Source of the DNA: Planctomycetota bacterium
GTDB lineage: Bacteria; Planctomycetota; UBA11346
Length of the DNA: 64,000 nucleotides
Direction: 5' to 3'
Assembly (NCBI GenBank): GCA_038231435.1
Contig: JBBRLJ010000004.1
Location: forward strand, 64,001-128,000
Of the stretch, positions 48,220 to 56,313 are shown piece by piece (the stretch's first letter is position 1; each line of letters opens with the position of its first letter). A program made the position numbers and the translations under genes. The notes under the pieces were generated by a model. The model saw nothing but the letters and a program-made list of their open reading frames with translations, made no database searches and was not told where the DNA came from.

Positions 48220-48864
48220 ATGTCGCCGACGCTGCTGGTCTTCGCCAAGCCCCCGGTGCTCGGCCAGGTGAAGACCCGCCTCGCGCATGCACTGGGAGAC
48301 GCCAGCGCCCTCGCCGTGTATCGGTGCTTGTTGGAAGTCACCGCGCGCGCGATCGCCACCTGGCCAGGCCCGATACGGGTGCTGACTGCCGGAGACATGG
48401 CGGCCTTCGCCGGGACGCCGCTCGCGTCATTCCCCTCGCGTCCCCAGTCTGACGGCGGGCTCGGCGCACGCTTGGCCGCCGGATTCCGCGCGGTACCGGG
48501 CCCGGCGCTGGCCATCGGCACCGACTGCCCCGGGCTCGCCCCAGACCATCTACGCCGGCTGGCGGCCGCCCTGGAGCGGCATCCCGCGGTCTTCGGCCCC
48601 GCCCACGACGGCGGATATTGGGGCGTCGCCGTCGGGGATGCTCGCTGCATCCCGGTCTGCTTTGCCGACGACCTGCCATGGTCGCGTCCGTCGCTGCTCG
48701 CGGAAACGATGGCGCGGCTGGCCGGGAACGGCATCGTCGCGGGGATGACCGACACGCTCGCCGATCTGGACGACGCCGAGGATCTCGCCTCTGCCGAACG
48801 CCATGGGTTCGTCTGGCGCGTCACGCCTGGCTCCGCGGAACGCTCGAACGAAGGATCGCCATGA
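48220..48864 (+). CDS. TIGR04282/DUF2064 family glycosyltransferase-like (CofC-like fold) protein
   Basis: FAKPP..GQVKTRL, Q..GGLGARL, IGTDCP, GPAHDGGYW, PWS, LADLD..EDL. Confidence 0.9.
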   Translation: MSPTLLVFAKPPVLGQVKTRLAHALGDASALAVYRCLLEVTARAIATWPGPIRVLTAGDMAAFAGTPLASFPSRPQSDGGLGARLAAGFRAVPGPALAIGTDCPGLAPDHLRRLAAALERHPAVFGPAHDGGYWGVAVGDARCIPVCFADDLPWSRPSLLAETMARLAGNGIVAGMTDTLADLDDAEDLASAERHGFVWRVTPGSAERSNEGSP

Positions 48865-49406
48865 ATCGTACCGTCAAGCTGGTGATCTCCGGAGCTCTCG
48901 GCCTCGCGGTGGGACTGGCCTGGGGCTTCACCCGCAAGCCGATCGTCCCGCCGCTGAGCCTGCCGAGCCAGCCATCCGCGCCGATGGCTCCGACGCACTC
49001 GCCTGCCGCGGGCGTCTCAAGCACTGGAGCCGGCGCGAGCGCGCTCGCCACCGCCACCACCGCGCAGGACCTCGAGCGCCTGCTCGTCGGACATCCAGGA
49101 ACCGCGCTCCTCGATTTCCACGCGGAGTGGTGCAAGCCCTGCAAGGAACTCGAACCACGGCTGGTCGAGCTCGCCGCCAAGCGCCCCGATCTGCTGGTGA
49201 TCTCGATTGACGTGATGGCGGCCGAGGAGCTCGCCAAGGCGTACAACGCCGACCTGCTGCCACTGCTGGTGCGCATGGAAGGTGGCAAGGAGACCGCGCG
49301 CCAGAGCGGCGCCCCGAGCCTCGATGATCTCACGCGCTGGCTGGTACAGCCGACTCCGTCCGTTCCCCAGCCATCTCCCCAGCCATCTCCCCAGTTGAAG
49401 CCCTGA
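48861..49406 (+). CDS. membrane-anchored thioredoxin family protein
   Basis: N-terminal TM, DFHAEWCKPC, LLP; ATGA overlap start 48861. Confidence 0.88.
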   Translation: MNRTVKLVISGALGLAVGLAWGFTRKPIVPPLSLPSQPSAPMAPTHSPAAGVSSTGAGASALATATTAQDLERLLVGHPGTALLDFHAEWCKPCKELEPRLVELAAKRPDLLVISIDVMAAEELAKAYNADLLPLLVRMEGGKETARQSGAPSLDDLTRWLVQPTPSVPQPSPQPSPQLKP

Positions 49407-49458
49407 GCCAAACCGCCCGCGTCAACGCTGCGTATACATCGGGAACCGCGGAGGGAAC

Positions 49459-51711
49459 ATGAGCAACGTCCTGGCCGCATACGCGCACTGGCTGCACCTG
49501 CGCTGGCCGGCTGGCCGCGTCGAGCACTTGCCGATGGTCGGCGAACGCGGCGACACGCGTCTCGAGGGCGTCTACGTGGTCGGTGACCTGGCCGGCGTGC
49601 CGCTGCTGAAATTCGCGCTCGATACCGGCGCCAAGGCGGCCAAGCGCTGCGCGCAGGAGCTGCGCGGGTCGCAGAGCGGAGCGCCGGATGGAGATCAGAA
49701 GCGCGCGTCAGGAGCCGCGATGGAGGGCCTGCTGGATGTCGCCATCATCGGTGCTGGCGTCGCCGGCATGGCGGCGGCGATCGAGTGCGCGAAGCAGGGC
49801 CTGCGCTTCGCCGTCCTCGAATCGGCGAAGCCGTTCGCCACCATCGCCAATTTTCCCGCCGGCAAGCCGATCTTCACCTATCCCCGGCGCATGACGCCAG
49901 ACGGGCACCTGCAGGTCGGCGCGGACGTGAAGGAAGCCCTGATCGCTGAACTCGAGCGCCAAGTGGCGGGTTTCGACATCCCCGTCACCACCGCGGTCTT
50001 CGAACGCATCGAGCGCCGTGGGTCGGCGCTGGCGGTGATTGGCACGGGTAGCGAACCGCTGCTCGCGCGTCGCGTGATCGTCGCGATCGGACGCAGTGGA
50101 AACTTCCGCCGACTCGGCGTGGCCGGAGAGGATCTCCATCAGGTCTCGAACCGCCTGCACGATCCGAAGGTCCATGCCGGAGAGGACGTGGTCGTCGTCG
50201 GCGGTGGCGACAGCGCGCTCGAGGCGGCCATCGCGCTGTGCACAGCCGGCGCCAAGGTCACGCTGTCCTACCGCGGCGCCGAGTTCAGCCGCCCCAAACC
50301 CGAGAACGCCGAGGCCATCGCGCGCCTCGCCACCGCGAGCACGCCGGGCCTGACACTGAAGCTCGGCAGCACGGTGACGAGGATCTCCGCGGGCTCGGTC
50401 GAGCTCAGCGCCAAGGGCGGCCCTCCCGAGACGGTGCCGGCCGCGGCGGTGTATGTGCTGATCGGACGCGAGCCGCCGCTCGACTTCTTCCGCAAGAGCG
50501 GCCTGGCCATTCGTGGCGAGACAGGTTGGAGCGGCATCCTCGGGCTGGTGCTCTTCGCCACCTTCGCCTGCCTGCTCTATGGCTGGAAGAGCCTCGGGTG
50601 GGCGAACCACGCGGTGGAACCCACGCGCTGGGTGAAGGCCCTGGATCCGCTGGTGGCAAGCGAACGCAATCCGCTGCATTGGGCGGTGAGCTCGGCGCAC
50701 AATCCATCGTTCTGGGTCACGCTGCTCTACACCTCGGTGGTGGTCGGCTTCGGTATCGCGCGCATCCGCCGGCGCAGGACGCCGTATGTGACCGCACAGA
50801 CCATCTCGCTGATGGCGTTCCAATGCCTGCCGCTGTTCCTGCTGCCCGAGATCATCCTGCCGTGGATGAACGCCTGCGGATGGATCCCGCACGCGATGGT
50901 GGCGAATCTCTTCCCCGACGGTTCGTGGTGGCGTGCCTACGGCTTCATCCTCGCCTGGCCGCTGATGGCCTGGAACCTGTTCACCGATCAGCCGATGTGG
51001 TGGTGGCTGGGGATCAGCATCGCCCAGACCCTGGTGATCATCCCACTGATCGTCTGGAAATGGGGCAAGGGCGCGTACTGCGGCTGGATCTGCTCGTGCG
51101 GTGCGTTGGCCGAAACCCTCGGCGACACACAGCGCGAGAAGATGCCGCACGGCCCCGGTTGGAACAAGGTCGACCTCGTCGGCCAGGGCGTGCTCGCGAT
51201 CGCCGTGATCATCTTGGGGGTGCACGTGTCCCACTGGATCTGGCCGCAGGTGCCGTCGCTCACCAGCTTCATGAGCGGCTGGCTACGTCCGGCCTGGCAC
51301 ATCGGCGTCGACTATGTCCTCGCCGGCGCGCTGGGTGTGGGTCTGTACTTCCACATGTCCGGCCGCGTGTGGTGCCGCTTCGCCTGCCCGCTCGCGGCGC
51401 TGATGCACATCTACGCCCGCTTCTCGAAGTTCCGCATCGTCCCGGACAAGAAGAAGTGCATCTCGTGCAACGCCTGCACCACCGCCTGTCACCAGGGCAT
51501 CGACGTGATGAACTTCGCCAACAAGGGCGCGCCGATGGCGGATCCCGAATGCGTGCGCTGCTCGGCCTGCGTGCAGGTGTGTCCGACCGGCGTGCTGCAG
51601 TTCGGCGAGGTCGACCGTCAGGGCCGCGTACTGAAACTCGATGCGCTGCCCGCGAGCCCGGTGCTGATGCGCGAAGCCCGGGACCAGCCGCTGGAGTCGA
51701 TGAAGTCGTGA
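49459..51711 (+). CDS. FAD/NAD(P)H oxidoreductase fused to membrane polyferredoxin (NapH/MauN-like) domain
   Basis: GVYVVGD, IIGAGVAG, VVGGGDSA, CGWICSCG, CRFACP, CISCNACTTAC, CVRCSACVQVCP; GGAGG RBS. Confidence 0.88.
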   Translation: MSNVLAAYAHWLHLRWPAGRVEHLPMVGERGDTRLEGVYVVGDLAGVPLLKFALDTGAKAAKRCAQELRGSQSGAPDGDQKRASGAAMEGLLDVAIIGAGVAGMAAAIECAKQGLRFAVLESAKPFATIANFPAGKPIFTYPRRMTPDGHLQVGADVKEALIAELERQVAGFDIPVTTAVFERIERRGSALAVIGTGSEPLLARRVIVAIGRSGNFRRLGVAGEDLHQVSNRLHDPKVHAGEDVVVVGGGDSALEAAIALCTAGAKVTLSYRGAEFSRPKPENAEAIARLATASTPGLTLKLGSTVTRISAGSVELSAKGGPPETVPAAAVYVLIGREPPLDFFRKSGLAIRGETGWSGILGLVLFATFACLLYGWKSLGWANHAVEPTRWVKALDPLVASERNPLHWAVSSAHNPSFWVTLLYTSVVVGFGIARIRRRRTPYVTAQTISLMAFQCLPLFLLPEIILPWMNACGWIPHAMVANLFPDGSWWRAYGFILAWPLMAWNLFTDQPMWWWLGISIAQTLVIIPLIVWKWGKGAYCGWICSCGALAETLGDTQREKMPHGPGWNKVDLVGQGVLAIAVIILGVHVSHWIWPQVPSLTSFMSGWLRPAWHIGVDYVLAGALGVGLYFHMSGRVWCRFACPLAALMHIYARFSKFRIVPDKKKCISCNACTTACHQGIDVMNFANKGAPMADPECVRCSACVQVCPTGVLQFGEVDRQGRVLKLDALPASPVLMREARDQPLESMKS

Positions 51712-52424
51712 GCCTCGGCTCCGGCAGCGGCGACAACGGCTGCGGTGGAAGCGGCGAATGCGGTGGAAGCAGGGCGGCCCGGGTGAGCGTCATCATCCCG
51801 ACACGCGACGAAGAACGCCTGCTGCCGGGCCTGCTCGACCGCCTCGCCATCCTCGGCGGCTGGCACGAGGTGATCGTCGCTGACGGAGGCTCGCGCGACC
51901 GCACCCGCGAGATCGCGCAGGCCCATTCCATCGTCACGCGCCTGGTCGCGGGCCGTGACCGCCACGAGCAGTTGAACGCCGCGCTGCGCTCCGCCACCGG
52001 CGATATCGTCCTGCTCATCGGAGCCGATCTTCGACCCGGTCGCGGCACCCTCGCACGCCTGCGCGCGACCCGCGCCCCCGCCGGCTGCCTCGCCCTGCGT
52101 CACGCGCGGCGCGCCTGGATCTACCGCTGGGGCGACGCGTTCGCCCGCCTGCGCGCCCGCTGGACCCGCGGCGCCTACCTCGACCAAGCCCCCTTCTTCG
52201 CCCGCACCAAGGCCATCGCCGCCGGCGGTTTCCCCGCGCACGGAACCTACGACACCAGCGCCCTTGGACGTCAGCTCACCGGACGGAAGTCGTTCGCCAT
52301 CCTGCCCGCGCCAGTGGTGGTGTCGTGCCGAGCGTGGAGCACCCCCGTTCGCACGTTCGCGCGGTATCAGGGGAAGCGGCTGCGGTATCTGATGCAGGGG
52401 GATGGGCGAGAGGCGAGAGGCTAG
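51708..52424 (+). CDS. GT2 family glycosyltransferase (TIGR04283-like)
   Basis: VSVIIPTRDE, EVIVADGGS.D.T, QLN, GDIVLL.GAD, YLDQ..F, GGFP, SCRAW; GTGA overlap start 51708 (alternative GTG 51783). Confidence 0.8.
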   Translation: MSLGSGSGDNGCGGSGECGGSRAARVSVIIPTRDEERLLPGLLDRLAILGGWHEVIVADGGSRDRTREIAQAHSIVTRLVAGRDRHEQLNAALRSATGDIVLLIGADLRPGRGTLARLRATRAPAGCLALRHARRAWIYRWGDAFARLRARWTRGAYLDQAPFFARTKAIAAGGFPAHGTYDTSALGRQLTGRKSFAILPAPVVVSCRAWSTPVRTFARYQGKRLRYLMQGDGREARG

Positions 52425-52467
52425 AGGCAGGAGAAGATGGACGACGGAAGTTCGAAGAGGGAAGAGC
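52405..52467 (+). repeat. heptamer array element 8 (solo arm) overlapping GT2 stop codon
   Basis: Continuous 7-bp period: GGCGAGA GGCGAGA GGCTAGA GGCAGGA GAAGATG GACGACG GAAGTTC GAAGAGG GAAGAGC. Confidence 0.75.
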
Positions 52468-52648
52468 CGCACTCCGCCCAAAACATCTCAAGCGCAAATG
52501 GGGGCAAGGGGCAAAGCCCCCGCCCGCACGTAGGACGGACGGCGAGGACCGTTATCGCTGGAGAGGCCAAGGCGCCGATCCCGAAGCGGTAGTCATCTAC
52601 CGCGAGCGGTGAGGCAACGCCGGCATCTCCAGCGAGAACGGCCGCAGC

Positions 52649-53221
52649 CTAGAGGATCTTGTCGATGATGCCGTAGGCCTTGGCCTCTTCGGCATCCAGC
52701 CAGTAGTCGCGATCGCAATCCTCGATCAGCTTCTCGTACGGGTGGCCGGTGTTCTTGGCCAAGAGCTGGAGCAGGCGGCGCTTCATCTTGAGGATGCGGT
52801 TGGCGCTGATCTCGACGTCGGTGGCCTGGCCACGCGCGCCGCCGAGGGGTTGGTGCAGCAGCACTTCGCCGTGCGGCAGGATGGCGCGCTCGCCCTTGGT
52901 GCAGCCACTGAGGATCACCGCGCCCATGCTCGCCGCCATGCCCGCGACCACGGCGTGCACCGGGCACGGAGAACGCTGGATCATGTCGTAGATGGCCATG
53001 CCGTCGACGATCGAGCCGCCGGGGCTGTTGATGTAGAGGATGATCGGCTTCTTCGCGTCCTCGAGCTGCAGGCAGATGAACTGCTGCACGATGCTATTGG
53101 CGAAGGTGTTGTCGATCTCCTGGCCGAGGTAGATCGTGCGGTCGAGCAGCAGGCGCGAGACCAGGTCGACTTCGCGCGCGTCCTTGGCCTTGGCGACGAG
53201 GACCTTGGGGGACTTGGACAT
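52649..53221 (-). CDS. clpP: ATP-dependent Clp protease proteolytic subunit
   Basis: SRLL.DR.I.L, YINSPGGS, AASMG (Ser), LLHQP (His), DRDYWL.AEEAK.YGIID; start 53221 (GAGGA RBS) or 53266 (would add a 15-aa propeptide). Confidence 0.96.
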   Translation of the reverse strand: MSKSPKVLVAKAKDAREVDLVSRLLLDRTIYLGQEIDNTFANSIVQQFICLQLEDAKKPIILYINSPGGSIVDGMAIYDMIQRSPCPVHAVVAGMAASMGAVILSGCTKGERAILPHGEVLLHQPLGGARGQATDVEISANRILKMKRRLLQLLAKNTGHPYEKLIEDCDRDYWLDAEEAKAYGIIDKIL

Positions 53222-53350
53222 GGGAACGGATTCCTCGTCGTCTTGATCGGCTCGTGGGTACGGCATGCCCCGACTCTGGTCGGGCGGATGGCCCTGTAAA
53301 GACTGGTTGCGAACAACCCCACGCAGCCTGGGCGGCCGTCCTGCGCCTTT

Positions 53351-53400
53351 CCCGCTGTGGTCCGCTGTGGTCCGCCGTAGTCAGCAGTTGTCAGCCGTTA
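53351..53400. repeat. 5 x 10-bp degenerate tandem repeat
   Basis: CCCGCTGTGG TCCGCTGTGG TCCGCCGTAG TCAGCAGTTG TCAGCCGTTA. Confidence 0.7.
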
Positions 53401-53430
53401 CCGCCAGGTGCCAGCCGACGAGGAGCGGCA

Positions 53431-54165
53431 TCAGTTGCGCCGGCCCCCGAGCAGCCCCGCCTGCCAGGCCCAGTAGGCGAGCAGCATCAGCGAGTTCGCC
53501 GCGGCAGCGACGTAGGTCAGTCCGGCCGCGGTCAGCACGCCGCGCACTGCGGCGGTCTCGGCGCCGGGCCGGATCAGGCCCAGCGCGCTGAGCCGCTCCC
53601 TGGCGCGCGACGAGGCGTCGAATTCCACGGGGACGGTTACCAGAGTGAAGAGCGCGGCCATCGCGAACAGCGCCACGCCGCCGACCGCGACCCAGTAGCC
53701 CGCGCCGTGGATGCCATGCGTCGCCTGCTTCGCCGCGCCCATGAAGATGCCGGCGATGATGACGTAGGGCCCGAGCATGCTGCCGATGTTCGCCACCGGC
53801 ACGAGCAGGCTGCGCATCCACAACGGCGCGTATCCGCGCGCGTGCTGGACCGCGTGACCGACTTCATGGGCCGCCACGCCTGCCGCCGCCGCATCGGTGC
53901 CATGGTAGACCTCGGCGCTGAGCGCGAGCGTCTTGGTCGCTGGATTGTAGTGGTCGGAAAGCATGCCCTGGTGTTCGACGATCGACACGTCGACGATGTC
54001 CGCGTCGCGCAGGATGGCCGCGGCGATATCGCGCCCGCTCATGCCGTTGGCCAGGGGCACGCGCCGACCGCGCGCGAACTGGGTGCGCACCAGTAGGGCG
54101 GCCCCGCCAGAAAGCACCATGCCCACGACCATGATGATGAGATAGATGGGGTCGAAGAACAACAT
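53431..54165 (-). CDS. YugP-like putative neutral zinc metallopeptidase
   Basis: G.LSDHYNP, VAAHEVGHAVQH, TVPVEFDAS.RA, VLTAAGLTYVA; start ATG 54165. Confidence 0.92.
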   Translation of the reverse strand: MLFFDPIYLIIMVVGMVLSGGAALLVRTQFARGRRVPLANGMSGRDIAAAILRDADIVDVSIVEHQGMLSDHYNPATKTLALSAEVYHGTDAAAAGVAAHEVGHAVQHARGYAPLWMRSLLVPVANIGSMLGPYVIIAGIFMGAAKQATHGIHGAGYWVAVGGVALFAMAALFTLVTVPVEFDASSRARERLSALGLIRPGAETAAVRGVLTAAGLTYVAAAANSLMLLAYWAWQAGLLGGRRN

Positions 54166-54374
54166 GGCGATTCCCCCTCGGATGTTGGGACGGCCGACAC
54201 GGTCCAAAGGCAATACTGACGATGATCAGCAATTAGAATACCAACCCGGATGGGTCACAATGGGCCATTCCGGTGCAGGATTCCGGTGCAGGAAGGCCTC
54301 CAGGGTGATTGCGCCCCCTGACCCAGGACCATACTTCCCGGCCATCCCGTCCGTACGCACTCGCAAGGAATACC

Positions 54375-55304
54375 ATGCGCCGCATCGCCCTGACCGCCCT
54401 CGCCGCCGCTACGATGGCCTTCTCCTCCGTTTACGCCGCCACCGCAGAAGCCCCGGTGGCCGCCGCCGCGGTCGACCCGTCGTCGCCCGAGGCGCCCATC
54501 CTGCTGACCGCAAAGGCGCTCAAGGATAACGACTTCAAGCAGTTCTTCCTGTCGTTGCCCGCTGCTGATCAGGCGCAGGCCGAGAAGAGCTGGAAGGACG
54601 CGCAGACGAATCCAGCCGCCAAGGACGGCAAGGAATTCGACGATGCCATGGCCAAGCTGCTGGCCCCGGACGCTGTCGACCAGCTGATGACGCAGGTCGA
54701 GCCGCAGCTGAAGGCCTTCGATCCGCAGCAGACCAGCCAGATGATGATGATGATGAGCGGCTTCCTGCCGATGCTGCTGCAGAACGGCCCCGACGGCAAG
54801 CCGAAGGCGCTGACGCCGGAGCTGAAGCACACCATCACCATGCTGCAGAGCATCATCACCGACGCGGCGCAGTGGATCCCCACCGCAAATGTCAATGACC
54901 CCGAGAAGCTCCGCTCGGCGTTCGGGCACATCGTCGCCGCGGCCAAGGCCCTCGACATCAAGGACACCAAGGCGCTGCGCGCGCTGCCCTTGACCGAGGT
55001 CCTCGGCCGGGTCGGCCCGCTGGTCAAGGAGCTCAAGCAGGCGCTGGCGGTCTATGATCTGCAAGCCGATGATTTCCTCGGCTCGATCACCGCCAAGAGC
55101 GCTGGAGAGGGCGACACGCGCACGCTGACGGTGGGCTTCAAGGCATTCGGCCGCGGCTACGAAACCCCAATCACGGTCGAGCGCCAGGGCACCAAGTGGG
55201 TGCTGAGCAAGGACAACGCCAGCGGCTTTGACGCCTTCGGCAAGATGTTCAACCAGGGTGGCGGCGCGCCGGCCCCGGCCGCGGGCGAAGACACCATCCG
55301 CTAG
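54375..55304 (+). CDS. exported hypothetical protein
   Basis: AAGGA RBS, signal peptide MRRIALTALAAATMAFSSVYA, host-like codon usage. Confidence 0.8.
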   Translation: MRRIALTALAAATMAFSSVYAATAEAPVAAAAVDPSSPEAPILLTAKALKDNDFKQFFLSLPAADQAQAEKSWKDAQTNPAAKDGKEFDDAMAKLLAPDAVDQLMTQVEPQLKAFDPQQTSQMMMMMSGFLPMLLQNGPDGKPKALTPELKHTITMLQSIITDAAQWIPTANVNDPEKLRSAFGHIVAAAKALDIKDTKALRALPLTEVLGRVGPLVKELKQALAVYDLQADDFLGSITAKSAGEGDTRTLTVGFKAFGRGYETPITVERQGTKWVLSKDNASGFDAFGKMFNQGGGAPAPAAGEDTIR

Positions 55305-55359
55305 TTCCGCTCGCTGCCCGGCCTCCACGCCTGGCCGTCTGGCGGCATGGCGAGGGCGA

Positions 55360-56313
55360 TCAACCGATGGCCACGGGCAGTGCATGCCCATTCAGGTATT
55401 CGCGCGCATCCATCGGCCGTTTGTTCGGCGGCTGCAGCCGCGTGATCGCGACTGCGCCATCCGCGCAGCCGACGGCGATGAGGTCGCGATGCCGCGCCAA
55501 CGCGCCAGGCGCCAGGCCAAGAAGACCCCCTCCCGGATCTACCGCGTCGACGGCATCGATGATGCGCAGCGCATGCACGCGCACGCGCTCACCCGACAGC
55601 ATCGTCCAGCATCCTGGCGCCGGAGTGTACGCCCGCACCCAGCGCTCGAGCGCCACCGCGCCGAGGGTGAAATCGAGCCGACCGTCCTCGCTGGTGAGCT
55701 TGCGGCAGAGGGTCACGCGCGACTCGTCCTGCGGCTCTGGCGTCTGCGGCGGCCACGCCGCCAGGAACCGCTCCAGCGCCGCCGCCGCGGCCGCGGCCAT
55801 GGCGTCGTGCAGCACGGGCAGCGTGGTGCCGGCCGCGAGCGGCAGCTCGTCGGCGGAATAGATCGGCCCGGCATCGAGCCCGCGCACCATGCGCATGACC
55901 GTGACGCCGGTGCGCGCATCGCCCGCGCGCAGCGCGGCCTGGAGCGGACTCGCCCCGCGCCAGCGCGGCAGGAGCGAGGCGTGGAGATTGATGCAGCCGT
56001 GCAGCGGACGATCGAGCACGTCCTGGCGCAGCAGTTCGCCATAGGCCATCACCACCGCCAGGTCGCATGCCAGCCGCGGATCGCCGCCCTGGCCCTTCAG
56101 CGTTTCAGGCTGCCACAGCGGCAGCCCCAGCTCGCGAGCGGCCACCTTGACCGCGGATTCATGCAGATGGTGCCCGCGTCCGGCGGGGCGATCGGGCTGG
56201 GTGATGACGCAGCTCACGATGGCCGAGCGCGCGAGCGAGCGCAGCGCTGGCACCGCGATCTCGGGCGTGCCCATGAAGACCGCGCGCAGGCGCTCGCCCG
56301 GCCGATCCGTCAC
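55360..56313 (-). CDS. fmt: methionyl-tRNA formyltransferase
   Basis: FMGTP, TQPDRPAGRG, INLHASLLPRWRGASP, GLDAGP. Confidence 0.96.
   Translation of the reverse strand: MTDRPGERLRAVFMGTPEIAVPALRSLARSAIVSCVITQPDRPAGRGHHLHESAVKVAARELGLPLWQPETLKGQGGDPRLACDLAVVMAYGELLRQDVLDRPLHGCINLHASLLPRWRGASPLQAALRAGDARTGVTVMRMVRGLDAGPIYSADELPLAAGTTLPVLHDAMAAAAAAALERFLAAWPPQTPEPQDESRVTLCRKLTSEDGRLDFTLGAVALERWVRAYTPAPGCWTMLSGERVRVHALRIIDAVDAVDPGGGLLGLAPGALARHRDLIAVGCADGAVAITRLQPPNKRPMDAREYLNGHALPVAIG

Noticed and set aside
21652..52467. Heptamer arrays as CRISPR arrays
   Set aside because: Units are 7 bp and contiguous; there are no 23-47-bp repeats with regular unique spacers and no cas genes
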